Numbered from the stretch's first letter, positions 40,177 to 52,581 are shown. The stretch is DNA of 64,000 nucleotides from Octopus vulgaris (GCA_951406725.2 OX597825.1:10912001-10976000); one strand, 5' to 3'. The notes: generated by a model not told the origin, from the letters alone. A program made the numbers and translations.

Positions 40177-40938
40177 CATGCATGCATATATCTACACACA
40201 CATAGTCACAGCTGTCAGGTGTGGGCTTCGCTTCTGCTTAGCCAGCTCTTGTGAAACCATCCCACCCATGCTAGCATGGAAGGCAGACATTAAACGATGA
40301 TGATGATGATGATAATGATGGTACCTGTTCAGAGTAGACTGTTGGGGAAAAGATTACTGTTTTATCTTTTGGTTCCATAGTTGAAATTAATAAATATTTT
40401 ATTTTAGTCGAGTCCATTGCTTGCTTCTCTGAGATTTGCCTGTGGTACAGAGGATCTAGTCTGGAGACTGTAGCCACTGGTGAAACTCAAAGTAGCAGGA
40501 GAATGTCTTAACCAAAATAATATATATGTATATATATGCAGCATGGATTTTTGTCAGTGGACAGGTTGCGGTCTTAAAGCGACAAAAATATTTTGACAAA
40601 TTAAACTTAAATGTTGAAGTGAATCGAACGGCTTTTGTGTGTTTCTTAAATGGCTTACAAACACCTTCCATGCTGCAATTGCTTTCGTTTCAGCACACGA
40701 TCTCAGATCAAATCACTTGCTATGCAAGTACATCTCCGAAATAATATATATATATATTCTTTTACTCTTTTACTTGTTTCAGTCATTTGACTGCAGCCAT
40801 GCTGGAGCATCGCCTTTAGTCGAGCAAATTAAACCTAAGGACTTATTCTTTGAAAGCCTGGTACTTATTCATCGGCCACCTTTGGATGGTGCTTTTTACG
40901 TACCACTGGCACAGGTATCACAACTACAATTTATTTTG

Positions 40939-40976
<38 letters not shown>

Positions 40977-41035
40977 TTACAACTATTAAATTTTTCCGTG
41001 GGTATGAGTAAGTATTCCATTTATGTCTTACGTAT

Positions 41036-41096
41036 TTATCGCTGAAGAGGGGAAAATTCTTATGAATTAACCCCGAAATTGGGACCAATACGGTAA
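41036..41096 (+). ncRNA. Type I hammerhead ribozyme, intact-looking core
   Basis: TTATCG-CTGAAGA-GGGG-(18 nt)-CCCC-GAA-ATTGG-GA-CCAAT-A-CGGTAA. All three stems pair, the core boxes are conserved, and the cleavage triplet is ATA. Confidence 0.8.
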
Positions 41097-41339
41097 TAAC
41101 GGATTGTTTAGAAATTTCTATCGGTTTGTTTCGAGGCGCATAAATTATAATGGTTATTGACAATTTTGTCTTTTTTTAGCATATTTAGCATTAGAATTTT
41201 TCTTTTGCCCTTATTTTGTAAGTTATATATATATATATATAGAGTAGTGGTACAACAAGGCACCAATGTTTACTGGAAATAGTAGTCAATAAATTTACCA
41301 CTTTATAGTAAAGCTTCATTGTATATATACTGGCAAAAA

Positions 41340-42085
41340 TGTGTGAGGGTAGCGAACATAAAAAATTTTGTCTTACCTCTAGGAAGAACATTAGATAAAT
41401 GGACAACCCAGAATCGGATAATCTAGTACCTAGGTTTCGAACTCTTCAAATACATTTGTTATCATAAATTTGATTAGTCTTCTTCAGCTAGATTCACCTG
41501 GACAATGTTTCAAATGTTGCTACATCAATACCTGTATACTCACCTGAATGCCTAGCTGTTAACAGAACTGAGTACAAATCTGGTAGGTCAATGAACTCTT
41601 CTGCTACTTTTGGTAGTGGATTGTTTATTTAGAATGATACTTCTCTGTGATGTATTCATAGACATCCTTAAAGAAGGTATTGTTGCTTTTGTATCCGACA
41701 TACTGGGTCAAGTTGTAGAGATTGTAGGCAATGGCTCAGTATCAATACACATTTGTTTTTTTGTGGTTTTCAATCTGTCAACACTGATTGATACCTTTTT
41801 GCCATGCATATCAATCAGAGAATATTTAAGACACGCATTCAAGACATGATATGATCCGGTGTAAGAAGTGTGTGATGGTTTCTATGTTGTTTCATTGTGA
41901 ACGAAATCATGAGACTAAATGCCGATGTCAACAGGTGCATGGGTTTTAAGTGTTTGTCCTCCCAGAAACATGGTTTGCAGTTCAGACATATTTTCACAGT
42001 CTACGTACGGAATTGGATGGACCGTGAACTGTATTGGAATCTCCAACCACTATCTGTCCAGGTAGAATTAATATACAACCAAATA
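41340..42085 (-). mobile_element. Degenerate Ty3/Gypsy 3' end (integrase C-terminus plus putative 3' LTR 41340-41524)
   Basis: Minus-strand translation gives ILPGQIV, YVD..MSELQ, HDFVH..SYTGSYHVL..KYSLIDMHGKKVSISVDRLK (GPY/F-like module) and TTKSSRRVH*PTRF, followed by TGTAGC...CACA. Contains stops and frameshifts. Confidence 0.65.
41420..41494 (-). ncRNA. Type I hammerhead ribozyme motif inside a putative Gypsy LTR
   Basis: Minus strand AATCTAG-CTGAAGA-AGACTAATCAAAT...ATTTGAAGAGTTC-GAAACCTAGGTA-CTAGATT. 7-bp stem I, palindromic ACCTAGGT stem III and GTA triplet; the stem II closing pair is mismatched. Confidence 0.7.
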
Positions 42086-42213
42086 ATATTTCTAGCAGGG
42101 AGGGTACCCAGCCATAAAAGCCATGCCAAAGCAAACAAAAAACAGACAGTTCCTCAGCAGCTCAGCTCTTGTCAAACCGTCCAACCCATGCCAGCATGGA
42201 AAACGGATTTTAA

Positions 42214-42493
42214 ATGATGATGATGGCCATGGCGATGGTGATGGTGACAACGATGATCATCAGCATCGTCATCATCACCATCATTATCATCCTCATCACA
42301 ACCACCACCACCACCACCACCACCATCATCATCACCATCACTACCACCACCACCATCATCATCATCATTGACACCAGCTCCACCACCACCACCAGCACGA
42401 CCACTACCACCATTATCATCATCATTATCATCTTCATCATCATCACCACCACCACCACCACCACCACCACCACCATCACAACAACCACCAACG

Positions 42494-42526
<33 letters not shown>

Positions 42527-42806
42527 TCACCACCACCACCACCACCACCACCATTGCAACCACCACCACCACCATCACCACCGCATCATCATCACCATCA
42601 TCACCACCACCACCACCACCACCACCACCATCGCAACTACCACCACCACCATCACCACCGCAACCACCATCGTCAACATTACCACCACCACAATCATCCT
42701 CATCATCATCATCACCACCACCCCACCAGCACCACCACCACCACCACCACCATCACCACCACCAACACCACCAACACCACCACCACCACCACCACCACCA
42801 CCACCA
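42214..42806. repeat. (CAC/CAT)n trinucleotide low-complexity tract
   Basis: Direct inspection; it extends from the (TGA)n tail of a family C element. Confidence 0.95.
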
Positions 42807-43252
42807 CGTGTATGGAAGTCAGTTTTCTAAATTGTTATTTATCAAATTCTGCTATAATTTTCAATGGCTTACTTCAAGAAATGTAAATTGAACGATTATT
42901 CACTTTCTCTGTCATTTTTAGGCAGGGTGACTTGCTGCTTCGTATACCAACTGATTTGGAGAATTAGGTCAGAATTAAATTGCTGTGAGGTAACACATAG
43001 CAGAGAAGCAAGACACCAACTATTTGATTTCCTAGATTTATTCTTTTATTTTTATCACTTGCTTTTTTTTAATTTTTCAAGTGGAGATTGCTATCCATTA
43101 GGCAAGAGTCAAAGCTAGTTGAGAACTTACCTTTTGCAATCAGGGAGTAGATTACGGTGTTTAACTTCCATTGGGCGAATTCATATATTTTATGGTTTAA
43201 TCAAATAAGGAATGGCAGCCGCCCATGATTTTGCAGAGCCACCAGGACTAGT

Positions 43253-43702
43253 GGGAAAAGGGAGGTGATACCACACCTCACCTGGGGAAAAGGGAGGTGA
43301 TACCACACCTCACCTGGGGAAAAGAGAGGTGATACCACACCTCACCTGGGGAAAAGGGAGGTGATACCACACCTCACCTGGGGAAAAGAGAGGTGATACC
43401 ACACCTCACCTGGGGAAAAGGGGGATGATACCACACCTCACCTGGGGAAAAGGGAGGTGATATCACAACTCACCTGGGGAAAAAGGATGTGATATTACAA
43501 CTCACTAGGGAAAAAGGAAGGTGATACCACAACTGAGGAAAAGCGAAGTGATGCCACAACTCACCTGGGGAAAAGGGAGGTGATATCACACCTCACCTGG
43601 GAAAAAGGGAGGTGATATCACAGCTCACCTGGAGAAAAGGAAGGTGATATCACAACTCACCAGGGAAAAAGGAAGGTGATACCACAACTTGCCTGGGGAA
43701 AG
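43253..43702. repeat. 32-bp minisatellite, ~14 copies
   Basis: Unit GGGGAAAAGGGAGGTGATACCACACCTCACCT. Left-hand copies are near-identical and right-hand copies are more diverged. Confidence 0.95.
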
Positions 43703-43964
43703 TATTTTGTTCAGCTAAACCCTTTGAGGCAGTGCTTCAGCATGGCCACACTCCGATGATTAAAACAAATAAAAGATACCTAAAAAGAGAGTAAGATGCA
43801 AACATATGCTCTCCATTCCATTAGTGTGTCTCTCACATGTATATCAAACACATCATACACATACACTGTCAAACATACAGACTAACATTCACACAACACA
43901 TTTGATACATTATTATATGAACAAACACAGACACACCATCATATACGCATAATCACAGATTTAC

Positions 43965-44275
43965 ATACATACACATAGGCCGACGTAAGCACACACACAC
44001 ACAGAGGCAGACATAACCACACACACACACACACAGAGGCAGACATAAGCGTGCACACACACACACACACACACAGAGAAATACATAAGCACACACACAC
44101 ACACAGACAGATATAAGCTCGTGCACACACACACCCACACACACATAGAAAAGCATTGCCACACACACATACAGGCAGGCATAAGCACATACACACATGT
44201 GCCCACACATGCACACACACACACACACATACACACACAAGCAGATATAAGTACACACACACATAGGCAGACATA

Positions 44276-44331
<56 letters not shown>

Positions 44332-44335
44332 CATA

Positions 44336-44390
<55 letters not shown>

Positions 44391-44425
44391 GCAGACATAA
44401 GCACGTGCACACACACACACATGCA
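43965..44425. repeat. Compound (CA)n array with a recurring GAGGCAGACATAAGC unit
   Basis: Direct inspection. Confidence 0.9.
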
Positions 44426-45524
44426 TACGCACAGAGGTACCCAATCGTCGTAGTAACAAGATTCCAAGTAATTCATCATGGTCAGTCTCACTCACCACCA
44501 AAGCAAGGAATCCAAGTGACAGAAATACTTCAATGCCATTTCTTCGGTTGTATTATTCAAATCTAAAGTTGTCATCTGACACATTCTAAGTGTTTCTCAG
44601 ACACATCATGGATGACAATCTTCCAGGTGTCTGGGCTTTGGGGCAATTTTGGTTTCTCCAGGGTCCCTTTGGACATGTATATATTAGTGACAGGCGGCGA
44701 GCTGGTAGAAACGTGAGTGTGCTGGGCAAAATGCTTAGTGGTATTTCGTCTATCGGTACGTTCTGAGTTCAAATTCCACCGAGATCGACTTTGTCTTTCA
44801 TCCTCTCGGGGTCGATAAATTAAGTACCAGTTACGCATTGGGGTCGATGTAATCGACTTAATCCCTTTGTCTGTCCTTGTTTGTCCCCTCTATGTTTAGC
44901 CCCTTGTGGGTAGTAAAGAAATAGGTATTTCGTCTGCCGCTATGTTCTGAGTTCAAATTCCGCTGAGGTCGACTTTGCCTTTCATCCTTTCGGGGTCGAT
45001 AAATTAAGTACCAGTTACGCACTGGGGTCGATGTAATCGACTTAATCCCTTTGTCTGTCCTTGTTTGTCCCCTCTATGTTTAGCCCCTTGTGGGTAGTAA
45101 AGAAATATATATTAGTGACTGTAAACAATCTGCTGAGGCTATCTTTTTTCTATTTTTTTTTGTTGTCTTTTTACTTGTTTTAGGCATTGGACTGTGGCCA
45201 TGCTGGGGCACACCTTGGAGGGTTTAGTCAAACAAATCAGCTGCAGGATTTATTTTTTTAAAGTCTGGTACATATTCCATTAATCTCTTTTGCCAAAGTG
45301 CTATGTTACAGGGATGTAAGCAAACCAACACTGTTCAAGTGGTGGTGATGGTAGGGACAAACACAATCTCACAAATGAGCTGTTTCCGTATACCAAATTC
45401 ACTCACAAGGTATTGGCTGGCCCAAGGTGCTGCACTGTGGGACTGAACTTGAAGCCACATGTTTGCAAAGCAAGCTCCCTAAACATAAAGCCATGCCTCC
45501 ACCTATCCGAAATCACTGAAAATA

Positions 45525-46087
45525 TTGGGTTGTCCGGAAAGTTCATGCCAATTTATAGTAGCTTACCTTTCGACTTATTTTAGAACATGGTTGAGTCCAT
45601 AAAATAGGATTTGACTACACCTCCATTTAGAGCACAGTTTAAGCTATCTTTTCGTGGAAGAAGGTTTATGTTCCTATAACCTGTGTTAATTCTGTAACCC
45701 TTTAAAATGGATGATAAAGTTCATTTTCGGCACTTGATGCTTTGGGAACCAGACAAAAATTGCTGCAGCTCGGCTGGGATGTGTTACCCCACTCTCCATA
45801 TTCATCAGATATTTCTCCTTCAGATTTCCACTTATTCAGGTCTCTGCAGAATATTGTTAATGGTAAAAATTTAAATTCCTTGGATGACGTAAAAAGATAC
45901 CTTGATGAATTCTTTGCCATGAAAGCACCTCAATTCTGGGAAGAGGGTACTTTCAAGTTAAAGGAAAGATGGAGACGCATTGTGCAACAAAATGGTTCAT
46001 ATTTGGTTGATTAAAAATGTAATGGCAAGTATTTATTGACCTTTTTCTTTCCTTTAAAAATCGGCATGAACTTTCCAGACAACTCAA
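45525..46087 (+). mobile_element. Internally deleted mariner (mellifera-like)
   Basis: TA TSDs; TIR TTGGGTTGTCCGGAAAGTTCATGCC. The N-terminus MDDKVHFRHLMLW is joined out of frame to TRQKLLQLGWDVLPHSPYSSDISPSDFHLFRSLQN (YSPDL motif). Confidence 0.9.
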
Positions 46088-46162
46088 TATTTATCTGGTT
46101 GCTTGATTTGTTAGAAATAGCAACCAAATTTCACACAAATCCTACCTCACTGTCTTAAAAAT

Positions 46163-46334
46163 GTATCAGGACAATTACCCCACCATAGGACAATTCCCCC
46201 ATCGACAACTACCCCCAGGACAATTACCCCCCTTGGTTAATTACCCCCTCTCCAGTATATTAAGAAGTTTTAAATCATCATCTGTTGTCCTCAGAGATAA
46301 TTGTACTTGGGGTTGGGGTAAATGTCCTAGATTC
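46163..46334. mobile_element. Mutator/foldback-like MITE with subterminal GACAA(T/C)TACCCC repeats
   Basis: 9-bp TSD CTTAAAAAT (46154-46162, 46335-46343); TIR GTATCAGGACAATTACCCC / GGGGTAAATGTCCTAGATTC. Confidence 0.7.
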
Positions 46335-47631
46335 CTTAAAAATTTTGCCCTTTATATGAAGAAACATATAATCATTATATAGGGAACTCTCTTGTTTATA
46401 AGTTTGAATATCATAAATAATAACATTGGATCCTGCTACTTCTTCATCTGACAGGCATTTTCTTCTTTCTCACTCATGTCTAAACCTTTTGCAATTGTCT
46501 TCACTATTTTGCATGAATCTCCCAATATTTGTTCTTCAATTAAAAGCATGTTTACTCACAATCTGTGCCAGATGAATCTCTCCTTACAACTCATCTTCCT
46601 AACACCTCACTCCATCCATGTTCCCTACCCACTGCATTCTCCTCCCCTCTGCCTCTCATTCTCCTCACACTCATGTAAACTTACCCACCCATTCACCCTG
46701 TCCAGTCATCTTTACACTTGTTCCTGTCCCTCTGTTATACTTTAACCTCTCATCTAGCACAAAGCCACCTCCCTCAGTGCTACTCTCCAATTCAGTTGAA
46801 AGGTCTTGTCTTGCAAGTTGCTCAGGGACCTCACTGGTGTTGGTGCCATGAAAAAATATCCACAACACTTTGTCTTATAGCTTCCTAGCTCTTGTCAAAC
46901 TGTCCCACCCATACCAGAATAGAAAATGGACATTAAAAGTTGATGATACACACAAACACACGTATGTATATAGATATATATTTCTTTACTACCAAGAAGG
47001 AGCTAAACATAGAGATGACAAACAAGGACAGACAAAGGGATTAAGTCGATTACATCGACCCCAGTGTGAAACTGGTACTTTATTTATCGACCCCAAAAGG
47101 ATGAAAGGCAAAGTCAACCTCAGCAGAATTTGAACTCAGAACGTAGTGACAGATGAAATACCTATTTCTTTATTACCCACAAGGGGCTAAACATAGAGGG
47201 GACAAACAAGGACAGGCATAGGTATTAAGTCGATTACATCGACCCCAGTGCGAAATTGGTACTTTATTTATCGACCCCAAAAGGATGAAAGGCAAAGTCA
47301 ACCTTGGCGGAATTTGAACTCAGAACGTAACGGCAGACGAAATACCGCTAAGCATTTCGCCCGGCGCGCTAATGTTTCTATCAGCTCGCTGCCTTTATAC
47401 GTATGTATATACATATATTATGAACTCTATATGGCTGAGGTGTGTTTTGTTAAAGTATATAATGCGTTCTTCTTTTGCTCTAAATTTTAATTTTATTGTG
47501 TTATGGCAGGAGGTGAGAGTTTGATTCATGGGAGGTGAAACGGTGTGTCTGAATTTTGTGTGTAAAGAAGGCAAGTTAACCTTACCACCAATGGCCTGAT
47601 CAACTGTTGCACAAGAAGCTAGTACATGTGT

Positions 47632-47634
47632 GAG

Positions 47635-47691
<57 letters not shown>

Positions 47692-48292
47692 AGGAGATGG
47701 AGAGACAAACAGAGAGAGAGAGAGAGAGAGTGAATGAGAGCAGGGGAGGAGAGACTAATAGAGAGAGAGAGTGAGAGCAGGGGTGGAGAGAGAAATAAAG
47801 AGAGAGTGAGAGGGAGGGTGGAGGGAGAATTGTTGAATTTTTCACGTTTTAAATGTCCATTAATGTCCTTTTCTACTTTGTTGTTTGACCTTTCTTTATT
47901 GTTTTTTTAGTTGTTGATTTTCTTTTTTGCCGTTTATTTTTTTGTATTTAGTTGTATTTGTTTTGTATTTGTCAATGGGAATATTAATATTGAATGAGAG
48001 AGAGAGAGAGATGAGAGAGAAATAAAAGTGAAGAAAATGTATGATAAAAAATATCAAAAAGAGGGATTGTGTATGTGTGTGTGTGTGTGTGGAACAGAAG
48101 ATGGTAGAGAGACTGAAAAGAGAAGAGAGAGAGAAGGAGAGAAAGAAGGAGAGAGGGGTTGAGAGAGAAGGAGAGAGAGAGAAGGAGAGAGAGAGAGAAG
48201 GAGAGAGAGAGAGAAGGAAAGAGAGAGAGAGAAGGAGAGAGAGAGATGAGAGAGAGACGAGAGAGAGAAGAAAGAGAGACAGAGACAGAGAC

Positions 48293-48331
<39 letters not shown>

Positions 48332-48536
48332 TAGAGAGAGAGACAGAGAGAAGAAAGAGAAGACAGAGAGAAGAAAGAGAAGAAAGAGAGAGAGAGAAGA
48401 GACAGAGAGACAGAGAGAAGAGAGAAAGAAAGTGACTGAAATTGAGATAGAAGGGTTAAAAGAGATAAAAACTAAGAATGTGAGAGAGAGAGAAAGAGAG
48501 AGAGAGAGAGCGAGAGAGAGAGAGAGAGAGAGAGAA
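47632..48536. repeat. (GA)n-rich polypurine tracts
   Basis: Two GA-rich blocks (47632-47826 and ~47995-48536). Confidence 0.9.
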
Positions 48537-50282
48537 AAGCCCTATGGCATGTTAACCAAATAACTCAGTGGGATCCATGATATCAGACAATTTACTAAAG
48601 CCATAAATATATTTGAAGTTCATAGTCTTTATTGGTGTTGTTTATATAACATTCTGCTCTCTCTTGACTCGGTGTGTGTGTGTGGATGGGAAGAGAAGGT
48701 CTGAGTACGTATCGCACTGCAGGTGTTGGTTATTTTGTGTCCCCTCACCAAAATTTTGAATTTTTCCTACCTAATAAAATTTATGTCTGTTGGAGAAATT
48801 AGCATTACATTCTAGGACAAAGTAGTGGAAGGGTAGACACTTGGTAGGGTCTCGCAGCTGTGGGGTTTCCTACGTGAATGCAAGGTATGCAATACGTGTC
48901 TAACATATATAAAAGATTGCAAATAATGAATCTGATCTTTTAATATAATTAGCAAAGTGTCTATGTCTCTTACTCTCTCTCTCTGTTTGTCTGCCCCTCA
49001 CCCTGCATTAACATGCACTTAGCTGCTACCATACTTTTACTATGTCTAATTTTATGGAGACACTGATAGATCATATAGTTAGTGCAGCTATGATAATTTC
49101 ATTATATCTGTATTGTGTGGACACTCTTTAACAGGTTTGAACACTGAATAGAAATGTACATAAGATTAACTATTTTATATACAAGTTGTATATACTGCAC
49201 ACGATGCACTCTATTTTGTAGAAGAAAAATTTAGTGTGTTTCAGCAACACTTATTGAAAGATATTTTAAATTGGTTTTGTTGGAGATTAAAATAACTCTG
49301 AGCACCTTTTCAGACTCCACCTGTCTAACACCCATGGACATGTTTACAAAGTCGGAAAACAGCAAGCTCCCATGACTTTCGGAAACATTTTTTCATTCTA
49401 AGAGTTGCTGAAGCATCGAACAAACTGCCGGCATCAGTTGTTAGTTGTCGGAACACTGCATCCTTCAAAACTTCCATGCTTCCTGAGATTCGCCAACACT
49501 ACACCTGATTTTCTCCCCTCCATACACACGCAAGCATGTATCTGACTCATACATTGTTCGCTTTCCAGACATTTGTACATTACTGCATATGCTTTATACG
49601 CACTTTTTGACAAGTTGTGGTGCACCTGAGCACTGTATACAATAATTTCATTATTATATTATCATATAAAATGTGAATGTAAATGCAATATTGTGACGTT
49701 ATACTAGAATAAATTATGAAAATGACTAGATGGATGCTACACCCACTTACTCCAACATGCACTGAATATTGAATAGCAACAGAGAAATTGAAATCGAAGT
49801 CGAAATCAAACTTGACGACTGGCATCCGTTGCTAGTGGAGCGCTAAGAGTACCATATGAGTGAGATCATTGCCAGGGTAACAAGCTGGCCTTTGTGTCGA
49901 TGGCACGTTCAAGCACACCATTTGAGCGTGATCATTACCGTGTTGCCTTACTAGCACTTGTGTTGGTGGCATGTATAATATTCGAACAAGGTCGTCGCTA
50001 GTGCCGCTGGACTGGCTCTTGTGCAGGTGGCACGTAAAAAGCACCATTTCGGCATGGCCGTTGTCAGTACCACCAAACTGGCCCTCATGCCAGTGGCACG
50101 TAATAAGCACCCACTACACTCTCGGAGTGGTTGGCATTAGGAAGGGCATCCAGCTGTAGAAACTCTGCCAGATCAGATTGGAGTCTGGTTCGCCAGTCCT
50201 CAGTCAAATCGTCCAACCCATGCTAGCATGGAAAGCGGACATTAAATGATGATGATGATGATGATAAACAGAGAGTGACCAA

Positions 50283-50600
50283 TGAAGGGACCATCCCCTG
50301 ATGTCAGAGGTGATCAGAACTAGGAGACTCTGTTTTGCTGGGCACTGCTACCAGGTCAGGAGACTCTGTTTTGCTGGGCACTGCTACCAGGTCAGGAGAC
50401 TCCATTTTGTTGGGCACTGCTACCAGGCCAGGAGCAAAGGCATCAGGGATGTGTTACAATGGGAACCAATGCATAGAACAGGAGCAGAGGTTGATCAGTT
50501 GTAACATATGTTGACAGACTAGTGATTGACAGTGGCCTACCAGTTTTCTGAGTTGAAAGTCAGTAATGGCAGATAGAGACTATTGGAGGAATGTTTGTGA
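50283..50600 (+). mobile_element. RTE-type LINE 3' fragment with a 36-bp internal triplication
   Basis: RRLCFAGHCYQV x3 followed by DVLQWEP; homologous to the FAGHC motif at 24776-25054. Confidence 0.7.
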
Positions 50601-52278
50601 AGATTGAGGAAACTTGATCTTAGAACAATTATGAAACCATAAATTTGTCATAAATACACTGTTATGAGAGTATCGTTTCTCAATTTTATCTTCTCTCAGA
50701 TCAACTGGTAGTTGTTTATGGTTTAGCTAAGAGAAGCTATACCGGATGTAAAACTCATATTTCTGAGTATGATGTTTTTGTTACTGCAATCGGTGACCAG
50801 GGTGATGCATCTCTGCAATGGCTTTGTTGTCATTCACTTATTGCAAATATCTGACAAGCAGATGAAAGTTTAACATTCCTTTCATCTTTCTTCAAGAATT
50901 TTTCATTTAGATAATTAAAAATGTTTCTTAAAGGTAACACTGCCATTAAACAAGACATACATCAAGCATGGGGTATGTAAGCTGAGCAAAGAGGTACAAT
51001 GAGAGAATGTGACCTCCCTGACATAATTGCTGACATACCATAAGTGATTTCTCATAAGTTTGTGCTAACAGTCTCTCATAATTTGGCCTATTTTCAATAT
51101 TTTATTATTAGTAACAAAAATTGTTCCAAACAGGATTGAGTTCATCTGACTCCCTATTTTATGGTGCTTGGGCTTCTAACTGTAATGTGGCCACATTAGA
51201 TGCAGGGCAATTTTTTTTTTATGTTTGTATGCGTGCACCCATACCAATGTCACATAAACACATCTCTGCTGGTGCTGCTGTTGCTCCCGTTGAGCGAACG
51301 GTCTTCGTCCCAGAGCTCGCAAGATGGGAGAAATCCAAAACATGGTCCTTTGCTATTCGTAAGACCCGCAGAAGAGAAAGCAAGTCATCCCCTGACACCG
51401 AGAGCATCGACGGATGGATGAATGTGCATCCAGGCTCAGCAGTTGCGTAGGAAATCGGGGAGAGGAAACAGGAAGAAAGAGTGAGGGAAAGTTGGAGTGA
51501 AAGAGTACAACAGGGGTCGCCACTACCCCCTGCTGGAGCCTTGTGGAGCTTTAGGTGTTTTCGCTCAATAAACACACACAACGCCCAGTCTGGGAATCGA
51601 AACCACAATCCTCCAACTGCAAGTCCACTGCCCTAACCACTGGGCCATTGTGCCTCCACGCTGGTGTTGCATAAAAGCACCGAGTACACTCTGTAAAGTG
51701 GTTAGTGTTAGGAAAGGCAGCCAGCTGTAGAAACCAAACCAAGCCAAGTCAAGCCAGACATGAACCCTGGTCATCTCTCCAGCTTGCCAGCTCCTCCTGT
51801 CAAACCGTCCAACCCATGTCAGCATGGAAAATGGATGATGATGATGATGTTCAAAAAAAAAAAGTGCATCTTATATTCTGGCAAATATGGTGTTTCATTA
51901 TAACAATATGATGACTAATAGCAATAACTACCCTCAATAACAATAGTAATGACAATAAAAACGATGTGTGTGATAACATCAACAACAACAGCAACAACAT
52001 GTTATCAGTGTTCTGGATTGTTAACTTCATCATTTATGCTTTTTTTTCTGCTCTAAATTGCGATTGATCTATTTATCAATTGAAAGCATGGATTATGGTT
52101 GACTTGATAAGATGAGAGATAACCAGCCAAGAAATTGGAGATTCACATCTTGTAGGCACTGAATTATTGAACTGAGAGATACTCAAGGACAGGTTTTTGG
52201 TTTGAACTAAATACCTCTTAAATTCCATCCTATCATCTTAAAGAAAAAAAGGAAAAATTTGTTGAGTAATATAGTCCT

Positions 52279-52581
52279 GGAGGTGCAATGGTCAAGTGGT
52301 TAGGGCAGCGGACTCGCGGTCGTAGGATCGCGGTTTCGATTCTCAGACCGGGCGTTGTGAGTGTTTGTTGAGTGAAAACATCTAAAGCTCCACGTGGCTC
52401 CGGCAGGGGGTGGTGGCGATCCCTGCTGTACTCTTTCGCCACAACTTTCTCTCACTCTTTCTTCTGTTGGCCTGCTCGCTTAGCCAGCGGGGTGGTGTCA
52501 TTTGAAGGCTAAAACAATGCGAAGCGCATTGTGACCAGCGATGTGTAGCAACATCTGATAGCCTGGTCGGTCATGATGATG
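52279..52581 (+). mobile_element. Full-length tRNA-derived SINE family D
   Basis: 11-bp TSD AATATAGTCCT (52268-52278, 52582-52592); tRNA-like head; (ATG)n tail. Confidence 0.9.

Noticed and set aside
40323-40480. Minus-strand exon-like ORF (ATVSRLDPLYHRQ...VYSEQ)
   Set aside because: No recognisable homology, a weak donor and no partner exons.
42214-42891. 225-aa Thr/Pro/His-rich ORF
   Set aside because: It is a translation of a (CAC/CAT)n microsatellite that is open in several frames.
45742-46014. Functional or domesticated transposase ORF
   Set aside because: It is only the C-terminal piece, out of frame with the element's ATG after an internal deletion.
50700-50855. Plus-strand acceptor followed by ~50 open codons
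   Set aside because: No homology or linked exons to support it.
52279-52352. tRNA gene-like sequence
   Set aside because: It is the head of a TSD-flanked SINE present in multiple diverged copies, with no clean cloverleaf.
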